DNA of 64,000 nt from Kudoa neothunni (GCA_964304625.1 OZ199838.1:15302729-15366728), one strand, 5' to 3'. Shown: positions 25,655 through 38,257, counted from the first letter of the stretch. Notes: generated by a model not told the origin, from the letters alone. A program made the numbers and translations.

Positions 25655-26944
25655 ACCATATTTACCGAATAAATATTATAATTAGTTTGGAGATTAATCA
25701 CGAAATTTTTAAATCATATTAGTGTGATACTGTTAGACCATTTAATGGTATTAATGTCTGAATTTCATTCAATAAATTATTTTTGATGTTAATGTTATGC
25801 GCTTGCTACAATTAGTTAGCTATCACCTATATAGAATATGAAATTCTTATTATTATATAAAAGGGATTGATACAGTAGACAATCGGTTATATTGTGATAA
25901 TCCATCCAAATCAGAGTTTTCCGACTTCAATATTAGAATACATAAAGCATACTTTTATCGAACCGGCTTAATTGGGGGTACATCTTGTTGAAATAATCGA
26001 TAGGAGCTAGGAGTTCAACATATAATAGATTATAACAACTATAATTGCGGTGACAAATAGCTGTTGTCAAAGTTGCCCTATTGGAGATGCGACATTGATA
26101 AACACTCGGTAATAAAACATTCAACAGGTTCGTTTTTGTCCGTTCTCGTTGATTTAGTGGACTTTATTTTCACTTGGAAATCATCAGATCTCACAACTCG
26201 TGTAGCATATTAATCGTTTCAATTAACCTCGAGAAGAACCAACTGATCTACAAGCCTCTTTACAGTTTTATGCGTAGCGAAAATGTGTCAACTTCATCTA
26301 AAACTCACAGAAAAATGACTGAACATTTTATCCCGAATTAAACGTGAAAAGTAAAAAAATATTCCGCCTGAATTAATCTCTCGTTAAAACAATAAATTCT
26401 CGTTTACCCCGAGTTCCCCGCCTACGCAAGCAAAAACACCATAGATCGTCTTAACTATGTTCTAAGTGTACAAAAAGTAAAATTACAACGTTATAGTTGA
26501 ATGCGGTAGTTGATAGGTCAATGTAACCACACTTTCATTGGACCTATTGGCAAATCACGTGCAGTGGTAATCTCATTATCATCGGCGCAAATCTGTTTAC
26601 AAAAGTTTACATTACCAATTCGACACTTTATTAGCAATCAGAACACTTAAAGTTATTTTTGTAGTTAATTTTACATTTTTAGAGTTCAAAAATAATATCA
26701 AATATTAAAGTAAGTCTCTGTATAAAGAGAAGATTTGGGAGCACACACAAGGACACCACTATTTTTTGTATATAAAGTTGTGGTCCCTGATATTATTTAT
26801 CGAGAAAATAGCCTCTGCCATTTTTATATCTTACAGGGCACTTTAAGTAGAGATAAAAATATTTTTTTAATCATCCAAACTTTCGAAATCATTTTTCTTG
26901 TATAGTCATTATGATCTTCGAAGCGCCGAATAAATAATCAATAA

Positions 26945-26948
<4 letters not shown>

Positions 26949-26981
<33 letters not shown>
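26949..26981. repeat. (TA)n microsatellite
   Basis: About 16 perfect TA units. Confidence 0.95.
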
Positions 26982-26986
<5 letters not shown>

Positions 26987-26996
26987 TTATGAACTA

Positions 26997-28057
26997 CTAG
27001 CTGGAACTGCCCAGCGTTGCTTGGGGAAGATTTCACCTAGAGGCATTTTTTAATAGCATTCAAAAAATATATTGAAATCTCGAATTAACCCATAGAAACA
27101 AAATAACTAAAAATTTTTAATCAACTTACTATAACGATTTGGATTATGTAATTTAAATTATTATAATTTCTGTGAAGAAAAGTATCAATCCCGGCGTCCA
27201 TTTAAAAATAGAAAAAATAAAAGAGATAGCAGAAAACTTACGAAAATTAATCGATATTGTTAAAGTTAGCATTGTTTAACTTGGCATAAACATACATGCG
27301 CTTTTATCATAAACAATTTAAATAATTTGATGAAATAAAAGTACAACCATCCGCATTGAATTTAATCACATAAAGTAAAACTTAGCGGACAATTTAATGA
27401 AACCTATAAACGCAGTATTTCCATTATAACGCTTCAATCAATGTAACTTTAACGTTCTCCACGAATTCGTTATTTATGAAACATATATAGATTTTTTACC
27501 ACATTGAAAACCATTAATAGAACTTATACAATATACTTATCAAGTCATATACGTTAAAACTCCGCAAATAAGGAGTGTGTTTAAACAGAAACCCAAATAG
27601 AAACGCCAACCTTATACATAAAGATAGATAGAAGCAGTTAATGAACATGTGATGGAGCATATAAGGGAGATAGTTAACTTCAACCGACCATCACCATGAC
27701 ATGAGCGAGCGCTAATCTTACAGATGAGATGAACTCATGTAATCCGATAAACAAACTTTAAATCGACAAAATCATTATTTCATAAATACTTTTTGGAAAC
27801 TTTAGTCGTCCGAAAACAATTAAACGACTTTTCTAAATATCACAAATTTATAAAAATTTTATATATGGCTCTCTATAAGGAAAAAATTATCCGCATATGC
27901 GTACTTAGGGGCATACTGTAGCGGGCACGCGAATAAAGACAATATGAGAAAACAACAATCTGGTCGTGAGAGAACCCGGAGTTTGCCGAGAGGGTGTCTA
28001 CAATACACACACACATAAACAAACATTCCGACAGTCCTCTTTTATATATATAAAGGA
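26997..28057 (-). mobile_element. Non-autonomous Helitron-like element
   Basis: On the minus strand it begins A|TCCTTTATATATATAAAAG...TGTTTGTTT and ends with a GC hairpin (CCCAAGCAACGCTGGG) about 10 nt before CTAG|T. Confidence 0.6.
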
Positions 28058-30161
28058 TAAATATATTTAATTCATTCCCTAGAATTTAATTAGAAATCTA
28101 CTCAACCTTATTTTTAAAAATGAAGCTCACTAATGAAAAATTAAGTGATGGTATTGTATCATGGATGATAACGATACAATTTCCTCATTCGGAAGAAATT
28201 ATTGATTGTGCAAAATTTTCAATTTAACCAAAAATCTAATTTTTATTATTTATTTAATAGCTTAAAAAAGATTAATTATTTAGGAATGGCCATTTTGAAC
28301 TTTCAAATGAGATTTAAATTGTAATTTTCATAATAAGACGATTAACTCGATTGGTTTCGTATATGGTAACGAATTGCCATAATTAAATATTTTACCAACA
28401 AATTATGAAGCGAACATTCTTTTTCCAGACAAAAAAACAAGCACTGATATTTATAAAAAAATTTAGTGTTAATATTTTTGTATCGGATTTTTATTCAAAT
28501 TTCAAATCCATGTTTTGAGTATTATTAAAATAATACCTTAAGATTAAATCAGAATTTTTGAAATTTAACGACTAGGATAGCATCTGGCTGTTTGAATAAT
28601 ATTTTCAGCGTTTCTCACAACTTATTCATAAAGTTTCAAAATAGAACGAATGCTAGCATATTCAGAGATCAAATTATCATAAGAGCTAGCTACTGGCACG
28701 TAAGGTTTAATCTAAAATAGCACGCACGCGTGCGCAGTTTCATTTTTAATCCCGTTAACTCCTGTTTATAGTTTATTTATAAAGTTTGTTTTTTAGAATC
28801 TGCTATATTTAATTATTTCTGGCGCATTGCGTCGCTCCTAAATGCGAAGAATAACTAAATACAGTGAAAACTGTACCTTCATGGATATTATGAACCGTGT
28901 CAATAGTCACTTTCATTATTTTTATTGCCTTTCACATAAAGTGATAATTACACTTATCTTTCTTCAAACGTAACCTTTAATTACATGTCATCTTTACGCA
29001 CCTACTGCTAAATTAATTATATGCAACATCTTCCAGTTTCCATGACTCATAACAATTTCGCATAGGAAGAATAAATTGTTGATCTGTCAAATTAACAGGG
29101 TTAAAATCGAAAATCCAATTCTATGGTAATAAAACGAAACGATGTACAAATATGAAAAAGACTGACTCACACTCATTCGCAACAATTCGTATTCAATAAT
29201 TCTGTTAATATAATTTCAAAGAGTAAATTTTGTTTCGCTTGAAATGAAATTTCAGAAAATAAAATCATTCTAGACATACCCCTACTCCACAAAAAATAGT
29301 AACATCACTAAACTAAGCCTAAACAATAGAGAAACCTGGGACGATGTCATTTGTATTAATTCACTTAGAAATACAATACTATTGAAAAGCAAACACGGAT
29401 GATCCTCTCACTAAATAGTTGCATTTTTTATCGACTAACACATATTTTCATTTTATATATTGATACTATAAGATTAGTATATAGATTTTAATCAATCGTA
29501 AGAATGGTTGAATTCGATTCAATATAGTATAGCCTTGGTAGCAAGAATAATCAGAGAAAGAATAAAATATTAGGCTTAAATGTTGTTTACAGTATATCGT
29601 AGTAAACGACCCAAATAACCATAATAGGATAAATAATCAAACCAGCATGGTCCTACTTTAAGGGTAATTTCAAAATAAGAGTAGGTTTGATTAATTTTAA
29701 ATTGTAGTGGACATAAAATTAATCTACAACCTTCATTCATTGTTCGTTATGCGAAAGCTAACAACCCTTCAAGATAATCTCTAGATGAGATTTATCGTGA
29801 ATGAAAGCCTGAACCTAGCCCCAGTCCTTAGAGCGTTTTTCGATGGGTCCCGTACATCACCGATAGGCTTACTTTTGGTAGTAGCGTGAGAGTAGTGGCA
29901 CGGATTTGATAAAGAACAAACTTTTCTCCTTTTCAAAATACTTCAGCAGTTGTGTTATAGCTTATACAAACCACTTAAGTTTGTAAAGCCTGTATTTGTT
30001 GTTGGATTTTTGATGTTTGATGACGTTGGGTTGGTTTAGTTATCAAGTTGTAATATTCTACAACTAGCATCCTGTTGTTACAGTTCTGACAAAGAGAGCT
30101 AGCATCCCTTGAAATACGCCCCAATTCAACCAATTACACTTTCACTTCGTCACCACACATT

Positions 30162-31436
30162 ATGTTGATGAAAATTCTGACCGAGAACAATGTTCTTTTC
30201 TACGATGAGAAAAATTACAACGATTTTCTTTACGATGTATCCCAGGGTGGTTTCTGCGAAAACACCTCGCAGCAAAGCACCTCAACCGAGGCGTATTTCG
30301 TGTGTAACATTGGAGTGATGCTAGCAAATGTTGCCATGTGGAAAAGTTGCATTCGTAACGTCAAATTGAATTATCATGTGAGTGCTAACTTTAATCCAAG
30401 TTTGATTCGTATTCTCAAAGAATACGGTCTTCAATTCAGCTTTTCCACATCGAACGAAATGATTGAACTATTAAACCTTCAAGTTGAACCATCAACTATG
30501 ATCTTTAATAGTCGTGTCAAATACTCACAACACATTTTGGATGCTTCTCATAATGGTGTGAACTGTCTCACTGTGAGCACACTTCACCAACTTGATCGTA
30601 TTGTTCGCCTACATTCAAATCCTACGCTACTACTCCACGTATCCACGTTGAACGATGATTTCATTCGGTTATTGTGCCGATGTATCGAATTAGATGTCAC
30701 CATTGAAGGTTTATACTATAACCTTCCTAATGTTCGAAACAACTCCACAGAAATCGATTACAGCAATTGTTTCAACAATCTTGCTTCTATTGTGAAATAT
30801 ATTGCCGAGGAACACAATATTCAAGTTGGTCGCATTAATTTGGGATCAAGAATACCACTCTACGAGAAGGAGGAAAATTCGCTTTTCCAAAAATTTGCTC
30901 GCGGTGCCAATTGGTTCTCCAGCGAATTTGAAACTATCAAATTGATTGCTGAACCTACCTACTTTATGTTCGACGGTGCCAATCAGCTCTGTTGTAACGT
31001 AATGGGTATTCGTCATCTTTATGATGATGTGGCTCAGCGCACCAATATGTTCTACTATCTTAACGATGGTGCATATGGTTCGCTTAGCAATGTGTTCTTC
31101 CGTGGTTACATACCCCAGGTTGAGATTCTTCAAAAGGAAACTTTCCTTACCAAAGATTCCAGCGAACTAACTGCTGCTCGTATGTCCACATTCTGGGGCC
31201 CAACATGTGACAGCATGGATAAGATATGCACTGTTGATGCTTTCCCCATCCTATCACTTGGAGATACTGTTGTGTTTATCAATGTGGGAGTGTACAGTTT
31301 AGCCTGTGCCACCAACTTCAACGGCTTCAATCTACCAACAAGCCGCTTTATTGTCAGTTACCAAAAGTTGGAGTCGCTTGGCATTTCGAAATCCGCTGAA
31401 ATTGCTAAGCAAGACATTGCTGATGCGACAAAGTGA
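30162..31436 (+). CDS. Ornithine decarboxylase-fold protein, antizyme-inhibitor-like (predicted inactive), intronless CDS
   Basis: YYLNDGAYGS, WGPTCDSMD, GVYS and FNGF are ODC motifs. The PLP-lysine motif YAVKCN reads YHVSAN, and the FDCAS, HVGS, GGG and EPGR motifs are degenerate. Confidence 0.88.
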   Translation: MLMKILTENNVLFYDEKNYNDFLYDVSQGGFCENTSQQSTSTEAYFVCNIGVMLANVAMWKSCIRNVKLNYHVSANFNPSLIRILKEYGLQFSFSTSNEMIELLNLQVEPSTMIFNSRVKYSQHILDASHNGVNCLTVSTLHQLDRIVRLHSNPTLLLHVSTLNDDFIRLLCRCIELDVTIEGLYYNLPNVRNNSTEIDYSNCFNNLASIVKYIAEEHNIQVGRINLGSRIPLYEKEENSLFQKFARGANWFSSEFETIKLIAEPTYFMFDGANQLCCNVMGIRHLYDDVAQRTNMFYYLNDGAYGSLSNVFFRGYIPQVEILQKETFLTKDSSELTAARMSTFWGPTCDSMDKICTVDAFPILSLGDTVVFINVGVYSLACATNFNGFNLPTSRFIVSYQKLESLGISKSAEIAKQDIADATK

Positions 31437-34297
31437 TCACTCCTGCTCGATAATAATCGTTGTGTTGGATGGTCCGAACCTGTGCATCTTTTCACACAAA
31501 ATATTTTGATTCTATTCAATTGGATTCTAATTCTAGTATAGTTATTTCATTCTAGTAGTCATTCAATTTAATCGGATTATTTTTGTGACTGCGCCTGAAA
31601 CTGTGTTTTTGAACACTTTTTATCCTGAAACGGAATATTAGAGGGCTTATCATATTGTCCGCATTGGCCCACAACAACATTTCCTTTGTCTGCGCGGTGC
31701 TGAGACAAATGATGATGCGTGAAAGAGTCGCACGGTTACAATATGTTTGATATGCAACATTATATTTGTGACTGATTAGATTTTGTTACAATAAATATGG
31801 TGGTACATGGTTACATTCGTGAATTCAGTTCATTATTGTTGTTGTTGAGATTTGTTTTTAAGTTCAATCCATTTGAGACTTGAGCATTGTTTTCGGCGAG
31901 CCCAAGTTATTTAACACCGAATTAATTTTTATCATTCGTATTAATATGCCATTTATGGACGAAACATCATTCATCATTGGGTTTAAATATAACCTTTTGT
32001 TTATTACAGTTACGTTATTGTTACCTAGTTGCAGTATGTGTGAGATGTGTTTTTAATTTTTTCGGCTAAAATAAAAAATTAGAAAATATAAATTGTTGAC
32101 AAAGTCACTAGTAACCGCTATTGAGGTGATTGTAGTTGCAGAAAATGTTGAATTATCAGAGGTGAACAATGCTGTAACTTACGTATGGGTCGTACATAAT
32201 ATCGCAACATAACATAAATTAATTAATTAATCTCAAAAAAAAAATTTAACGTATGATCTGTAAACTTTTTAACATACGAAACATATTAACTCAATTTGAC
32301 GCTGGAAAGATTTTATTACCAATATTTTTCAAGCATTTCATGTGTTGTGCGCGATTATGGCTCGAGCGTAATGAATTTTCCTCATAACAAAGAAAATTAC
32401 GGCTCGTGCGTGTGTTAAAATGTCAACATATCTACGTATGGTAAAAAAATTTCTAACTCTATCCCAAAAGTTGAATTAATGAAATGTTATCAAAAGGTAA
32501 CGAGAAAATCAACCGCTTAATTTGAAACAATGAAAATCTTTGATGTAAAAACGAGATCTAACTTGAAAATTACTATAAGCACAACGACTAATTGTTTTAA
32601 CGTTAAAACGATTACTCTGTTCCAAATTAAGAAAAACTCTCAAAGGGAACAAATGTCGATATTGACCTACAAATGAAAAAGTGGATTAAACCGATGAGGT
32701 AACAAAAAATAGGATATCATTATTAAGTTTTTATCAGTGAAGCTAATGAATTCCTAGTGGTGTCTCACATTCATAAACTGTATCCAATAATTAGTTTAGG
32801 GCTTTATAACAATATTTAACATTTAGTATAATACATTTTTGGTGAACTTTCTAATTATAAATCATGTTGCATTTAAAATTACTTCAAACATTAAATTAAA
32901 TAAGTATGCTAATTAGTTAAAATATAATCTTATTTTTTTATTTACGCGTGCGCAATGATTTTGATCTCCCTTTTTAATTACGCATCACCCATAAGTCACT
33001 GTATATCTTACATCAACAACTATTTAATAAGGTTGATTTAACATTTTTATAAAGTGCATGATGGACCGAAGGGATCAAAAAGCACAAAATAGCCAACAGA
33101 ATTATATCGAGACTCATAAACTGAATCTTATCATAAATTATTGTATAAATTCTCTATAGGAATTATAATGTTATTAAATCATAAAAATAATGTAGTCCCA
33201 CTAAATTTTGGACCAATAAGAATTAACTTGTATATTGAAAATAAATCTTAAGTCGAGCACATTCGGATGCACGCGAAGTTTTCATGTTGTTGAGGAATAC
33301 ATCTAAAAAATTTGTATTTTTCAATAATTTTAGAATTATTCTTATTCAATAATCGTTTATCGATTTTTTTATTGTATCAATTAGTAACAAGTATGTAAAA
33401 GTCCAATCTCGTGACTTCGTATTTTAAAAACAGAACTTTCTGATTTATTCTATTCATAATTAGAGCCAAGATTTCTGAATTTAATGATAGCATTTTCCAA
33501 TAAATTTTTTTGTTTATAAATTTTTTTTGGTAGTTTATTCTTGATAAAAAATTTTGACAATATTTGTTCCCTAATTCAAACATTAGAATTTTTAATTTAT
33601 CTTATTTAGTTTTTCATTTACTTACATTTATTAACTCTCAGGAAAATATTTAACGAGTATTTTTTAAACTTCTCATCTTAACAAATTAATAATGATACAG
33701 AATCTAAAAATAAATATTTTATAATTAGATTTTGGTTTTTAGATGAAACTATACGTCATTTTGTATCTACTAAAATACCAAAGTATGATATGTGAATATA
33801 TGATCTATTAAGAGCTGCTGGCCGTTAATTATTACTATTTACATAGTAATTTCATATAAATGTACGTTTAAAGAAATAAGACACCAATATTATATGGGTT
33901 GGTTTTATTTTTTTTAATTTTTGTCGTCCACTAAGATGTTAGACGTGAAAACCAATGAGTTATCTGATAAATCTTTGTCATTCATTATAAATACATTTTT
34001 TGGAGTAGTTTATATAAATAACTTTGTTAAAACACAAAAAGTAAAAGAATTTAATCGGTTTCTTAGTAAAATGGAGATCACATGTGAGCCCGGTTTCGCT
34101 CGATTTAAGATTTCAAAAGTACTTTTTTCGAGATGAATTTTAGTTATTTAGTGTTATTTCTTTAGGATAAAAACAATCCTGAAAAATTTTAGATTAATAG
34201 CTTGCAAACACGATGAATGTTTAGATCCATCCACTAGCAGATTCCTCTAATCCCGATCGGAAATTAACCGCGATATCTAGTTTTCGAAAAACATTGA

Positions 34298-35090
34298 TTC
34301 AATCACTGTATTTGACTATGCTTATTTTAGAGATGATATAGAGTATACCCTCAAAATCCTTACAAATCTTGGTCTCTTAAGAAGCCATCGAAAATGTGTG
34401 TGGCTCGTCAATGAGTATTACAGCTAGAAAAGACACATGTGATGGTTATCAGTATAGTTGTAAATTATGTAGGAGGAGTTGCTCAATCAGAAAGGGCAGT
34501 ATTTTTGAATACTCTAAACTACCGCATCGAAAATACGTTAGTTTTATCCTTTACATGATCCAACACCCAAAAAGCAGCTACGAAGACATAGTGTATCATC
34601 TTGATATCGCTTCATTTTCCATTATATCAGAATATAAAGTCTAATTATTGAAATTATGACTTCAAAATTAGACGAAGAATTCTCCAAAATCAACAATATT
34701 GGATGGTCGGCGGGATTGATGAAAACGATAATTGTTTCCATAAAATAACCATATTTAGGAATCAAGAAGTCCTCAAAAATATTATTATGGATAATGTTGA
34801 AGATGGTTCCACAATATGGACTGATGGTTGGAGACGTTACAATAGTTTGGAAAGTCTAGACTTCATCCACGGAAAAGTTATTCATAAAAGGAAATTCATT
34901 TCACCTGAAGGTATCCACACCAACCGAGTTGAAGCCATCTGGGGGACTTCAAGCGAAAATACAGAAATTCTACCAATAAAAACCCCGACAATTTATCGGA
35001 ATATATTTCTGATTATTTATTGGTAAAAATATGTTAAGAAATAATTAAGCATTCTTTTTAAGTATATAATGACATTATATACAAATAAAC
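34298..35090 (+). pseudogene. Degraded Merlin transposase, same family as 5458-6222
   Basis: RKDTCDGYQYSCKLC, MVGGIDE, WTDGW and GIHTNRVEAIWG motifs, with frameshifts and an internal deletion at about 34690. Confidence 0.88.
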
Positions 35091-36132
35091 ATAAATTTGT
35101 TTATTTCCGATTGCATGGCCGACGTCGCCCGAACTTCTTTCGTAGATACTGTAGTTTAGCCAGCTCTAGTTATGAGCCATCGTCGAAAATCGAATGTGGA
35201 TTAATGAGATTTATGATATTATTTTATTGGTCCATTCTAAATAAATTTCCCTTGATTCACTATTTTTAATATTGTAGGTTTTAGTTAATTTTTTTAATTC
35301 CCATATTGATAATAAAATAGCGTTCATAATGATTTTTATTTTTGTCAAATGCGTGTGGTTTGTAATAAAGTGTATTTTTAGTTGTATCAATATATAATTT
35401 AAGTTCGAATCCAGTATTTGTATAATCGTTATTTACTACGACGAAAAAAAGTAAAACGTACGTTTTTCTCGTAATACTTACAATAAATAAGAATTTTTAA
35501 AGATATAATCAATGGTTTATTATTTGATTAGAACGAATAATTTTGATTATTTATTAAATTAATGTATTTTATTAACGCAAATTAATTTCTCAATATTTAC
35601 GAGGGTAATGTTGGGAGTTGTAACAAAACTAAAAACGTTATAAATCACTAGCTCAACTTTTTGTAATATGTGTTATACTTTTTAAATCACAAAAAGTAAA
35701 TTCATAAAAAAATGTATAAACTAAAATAGACTTTGTTAATTATAAATCAGATATTTTATATTAAAAATTGAAATTTTGGAATCCTATAATTCATATTGAT
35801 TTATTTTAATTTATAAAAAAATAAAGAGATAATATTGATATTTATCATTAAATTACGATAATACCGATTGTTTAGAAATATGTGGATAGGTTATTTGCTT
35901 GAGTTGGAATGCAACAGCGGTGGGTATTAGTTGAATCAAACACAAACTGGTAATTGCCTTGTGGACCCCTCCAGGGATATAAAATAACCTTGGGATTGCG
36001 CTGTGCGTCTATTGTTTTTATTTGGTGTAATAACGCTTTATCAATTGAATCAATGAATTAATATAGACACCTTAAACAGGTAGTATTACCATTCGGATTT
36101 CCAACCAGAATTAAGAAAACTCACTGTCTATA

Positions 36133-37188
36133 ATGGCAGGCTATGGGAAAAGACATTACTTTGAGAATTATTTCTCAACTGTGTATCAGACGTTTGTCAT
36201 TATTACAATATTTTATCAGGTATTAAGTGTAAAAGTTTTATACATATTGATATGTTTTTAAGTTGATTCAAACTCAAAGAGCCCCTCAACTAAATTTACC
36301 TCAACTGGGAGATGTAATCGATCAAAATTTAATTGACCAGATAATGATAAGCAATCTTGTATCACAAAATTTGACAATGGGATTTTTTCTAAGAGGACTT
36401 AATGGTCCACCTGGTCCTCCTGGTCCACCAGGTGAGGCCGGAGTTCCCGGTGAACCAGGTTTACCAGGAGCCCCTGGACTTCAAGGGCCAGTAGGTGAGG
36501 ATGGAACACCAGGACCACCTGGACCAACAGGTGAAATGGGTCCACCAGGTGCTCCAGGTTTGACAGGCCCTAAAGGAGATCCCGGTGAGCAAGGAATACC
36601 TGGAGCACAAGGTATTCCAGGTGAGCCAGGTCCTATGGGTCCACCTGGTCTTCCTGGCACCACTACTGACATCCTCAATCCAGTACTTTAACAATTACTT
36701 ATTGGATTCGTTTAAATTGATTAAAATTAATTCAGAACTTCACTATAATTTGCGAGGGAGAAAAAGCTTGGATCGAATGTAAAAAATACGAAATTGTTAA
36801 TGTTGTCAAGGTGTTTTGGGGAAGAGATGATTTTTCGATCTGTCCCAAAACTCCGGCCGGTCTTACTGCCGATCGTCTCTGTGAAACTACCCCAGAAGAT
36901 GCCCTCATTAAAATTAAAGATCAATGTAAAGGTCTTGCCGCCTGTGAAGTTGTAGCAACCAATCTCTTTTTCAATGATAACTCATGTGGAAATGTTTATA
37001 AATATCTCAAACTATGGTAATTTATTTATAATTCTACTGGAAAATAGATTCACTCAATTATATGTATATACTCACTCACATATAGGTATGATTGTGTACC
37101 AGATGAAGTGAATGCAGTTGATGTGTTGAGAGACGAAGCGAGAAAAAGGCGACGTTCAGTGAAAGCAAAGCGACATATAGTAGCATAG
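36133..37188 (+). CDS. Nematogalectin-related protein (4 exons: about 36133-36219, 36263-36682, 36737-37016, 37086-37188)
   Basis: Hydrophobic N-terminus, then [13 protein letters not shown], an uninterrupted Gly-X-Y collagen run, a SUEL/Gal-lectin domain ([12 protein letters not shown]...FWGRDD...C...[27 protein letters not shown]) and a basic tail. Splicing preserves the frame. Confidence 0.92.
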
Positions 37189-37319
37189 TAGTACAGGAAT
37201 AGCATTTTTATTTTATTCAATTAATTGCTGAGATATTTATTTGTCAAGAATTTTGAAATTTCAGAATAAACAAATTGCGCATATATAAAAAAGCTATAAT
37301 AAATATATCTATACATAAG

Positions 37320-38257
37320 TTAGGAATCTATAGGTTTTCTTGATGCAGATGGACGCTTCCTGGTCGGTTTTTTAAATTCAACACTTCCCCCACTAGTGCT
37401 GTTATTCAATGTATTAGCGTTGATACGGACCTGAAATTCAGAGATAGTATCTTCAATATTTTCTTCCTTTAATTCATTAGATTTGGGTTCAATACTATCT
37501 TCTTTAGCATCTTTTTCTCTAATAGTAATAGTTTATGCGTAAGTGCTACTGCCATAACAGAGATTATTTACACAACAGATGGACGTTCAATAATTCTCAC
37601 AGTTTCCCAACCTCCAAGAATAGGATGTGAATCTACTATTTCTGGTTGGGTTTTCTATTCAATTAAATTATTAAATTTTCTTAAAATTAACCTCTAACAA
37701 GATTAGAATCAATCGAAGAAATTGATGTATTTGGATAAGTTTCAAATTTTGTTGTTGAGGTATTAATATTACCAGAAAAATTACTAAAACATAAACGATA
37801 TAAAAGATGAGTATTTTAGGGGAGATATGATGGTTACATTTTTAATTTTTTTGGTTTTTGTGAAGTTGGCGGCATCGATGAGGCCTAATAACACAAATAT
37901 TTTATGAAACTGCAATCAATAACTCTTACCACTCCAACACCATCAATTTTGAAAGCACTGTTTGTAACATGAGCCAAGGGATCGACTTGATCGGCGACCT
38001 TTAAAATCTTTTCGTCATTTCTTTTAGGCCGCATAGCCTAATAAAAGATCATTTATGCACGTTATTTAAATTTTTACTCTTTCCATCTTTATTTCCAATT
38101 TTTCTAAGTGTCTAGTGGATCTTTCGTGCCTTTCAATACTCTAAAAATATGATTCAAACGAAAATGCGACTTCTAAAGTTACAGGGCGGTTATCATACAT
38201 CCATACATTACATATGGAGCATAATCTTTTAGGTACAGACTTCCAATAATCAGCCAT
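37320..38257 (-). CDS. WBP4: WBP4/FBP21-like spliceosomal matrin zinc-finger protein, multi-exon
   Basis: MADYWKSVPKRLCSICNVWMYDNRP|SIERHERSTRH is the WBP4 N-terminal signature. The C-terminus has GGWETV and VEFKKPTRKR. Confidence 0.85.

Noticed and set aside
29800-29875. Possible hammerhead ribozyme or tRNA-like RNA upstream of the AZIN-like gene
   Set aside because: A stem (AAGCCT/AGGCTT) exists, but the CUGANGA core and a cloverleaf are absent.
31709-31775. Possible C/D snoRNA (ATGATGA...CTGA) in the AZIN-like 3' region
   Set aside because: There is no convincing terminal stem or recognisable rRNA guide, and such boxes arise by chance.
36461-36782. Alternative-frame and antisense ORFs over the collagen repeat
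   Set aside because: They are shadows of the Gly-X-Y codon periodicity.
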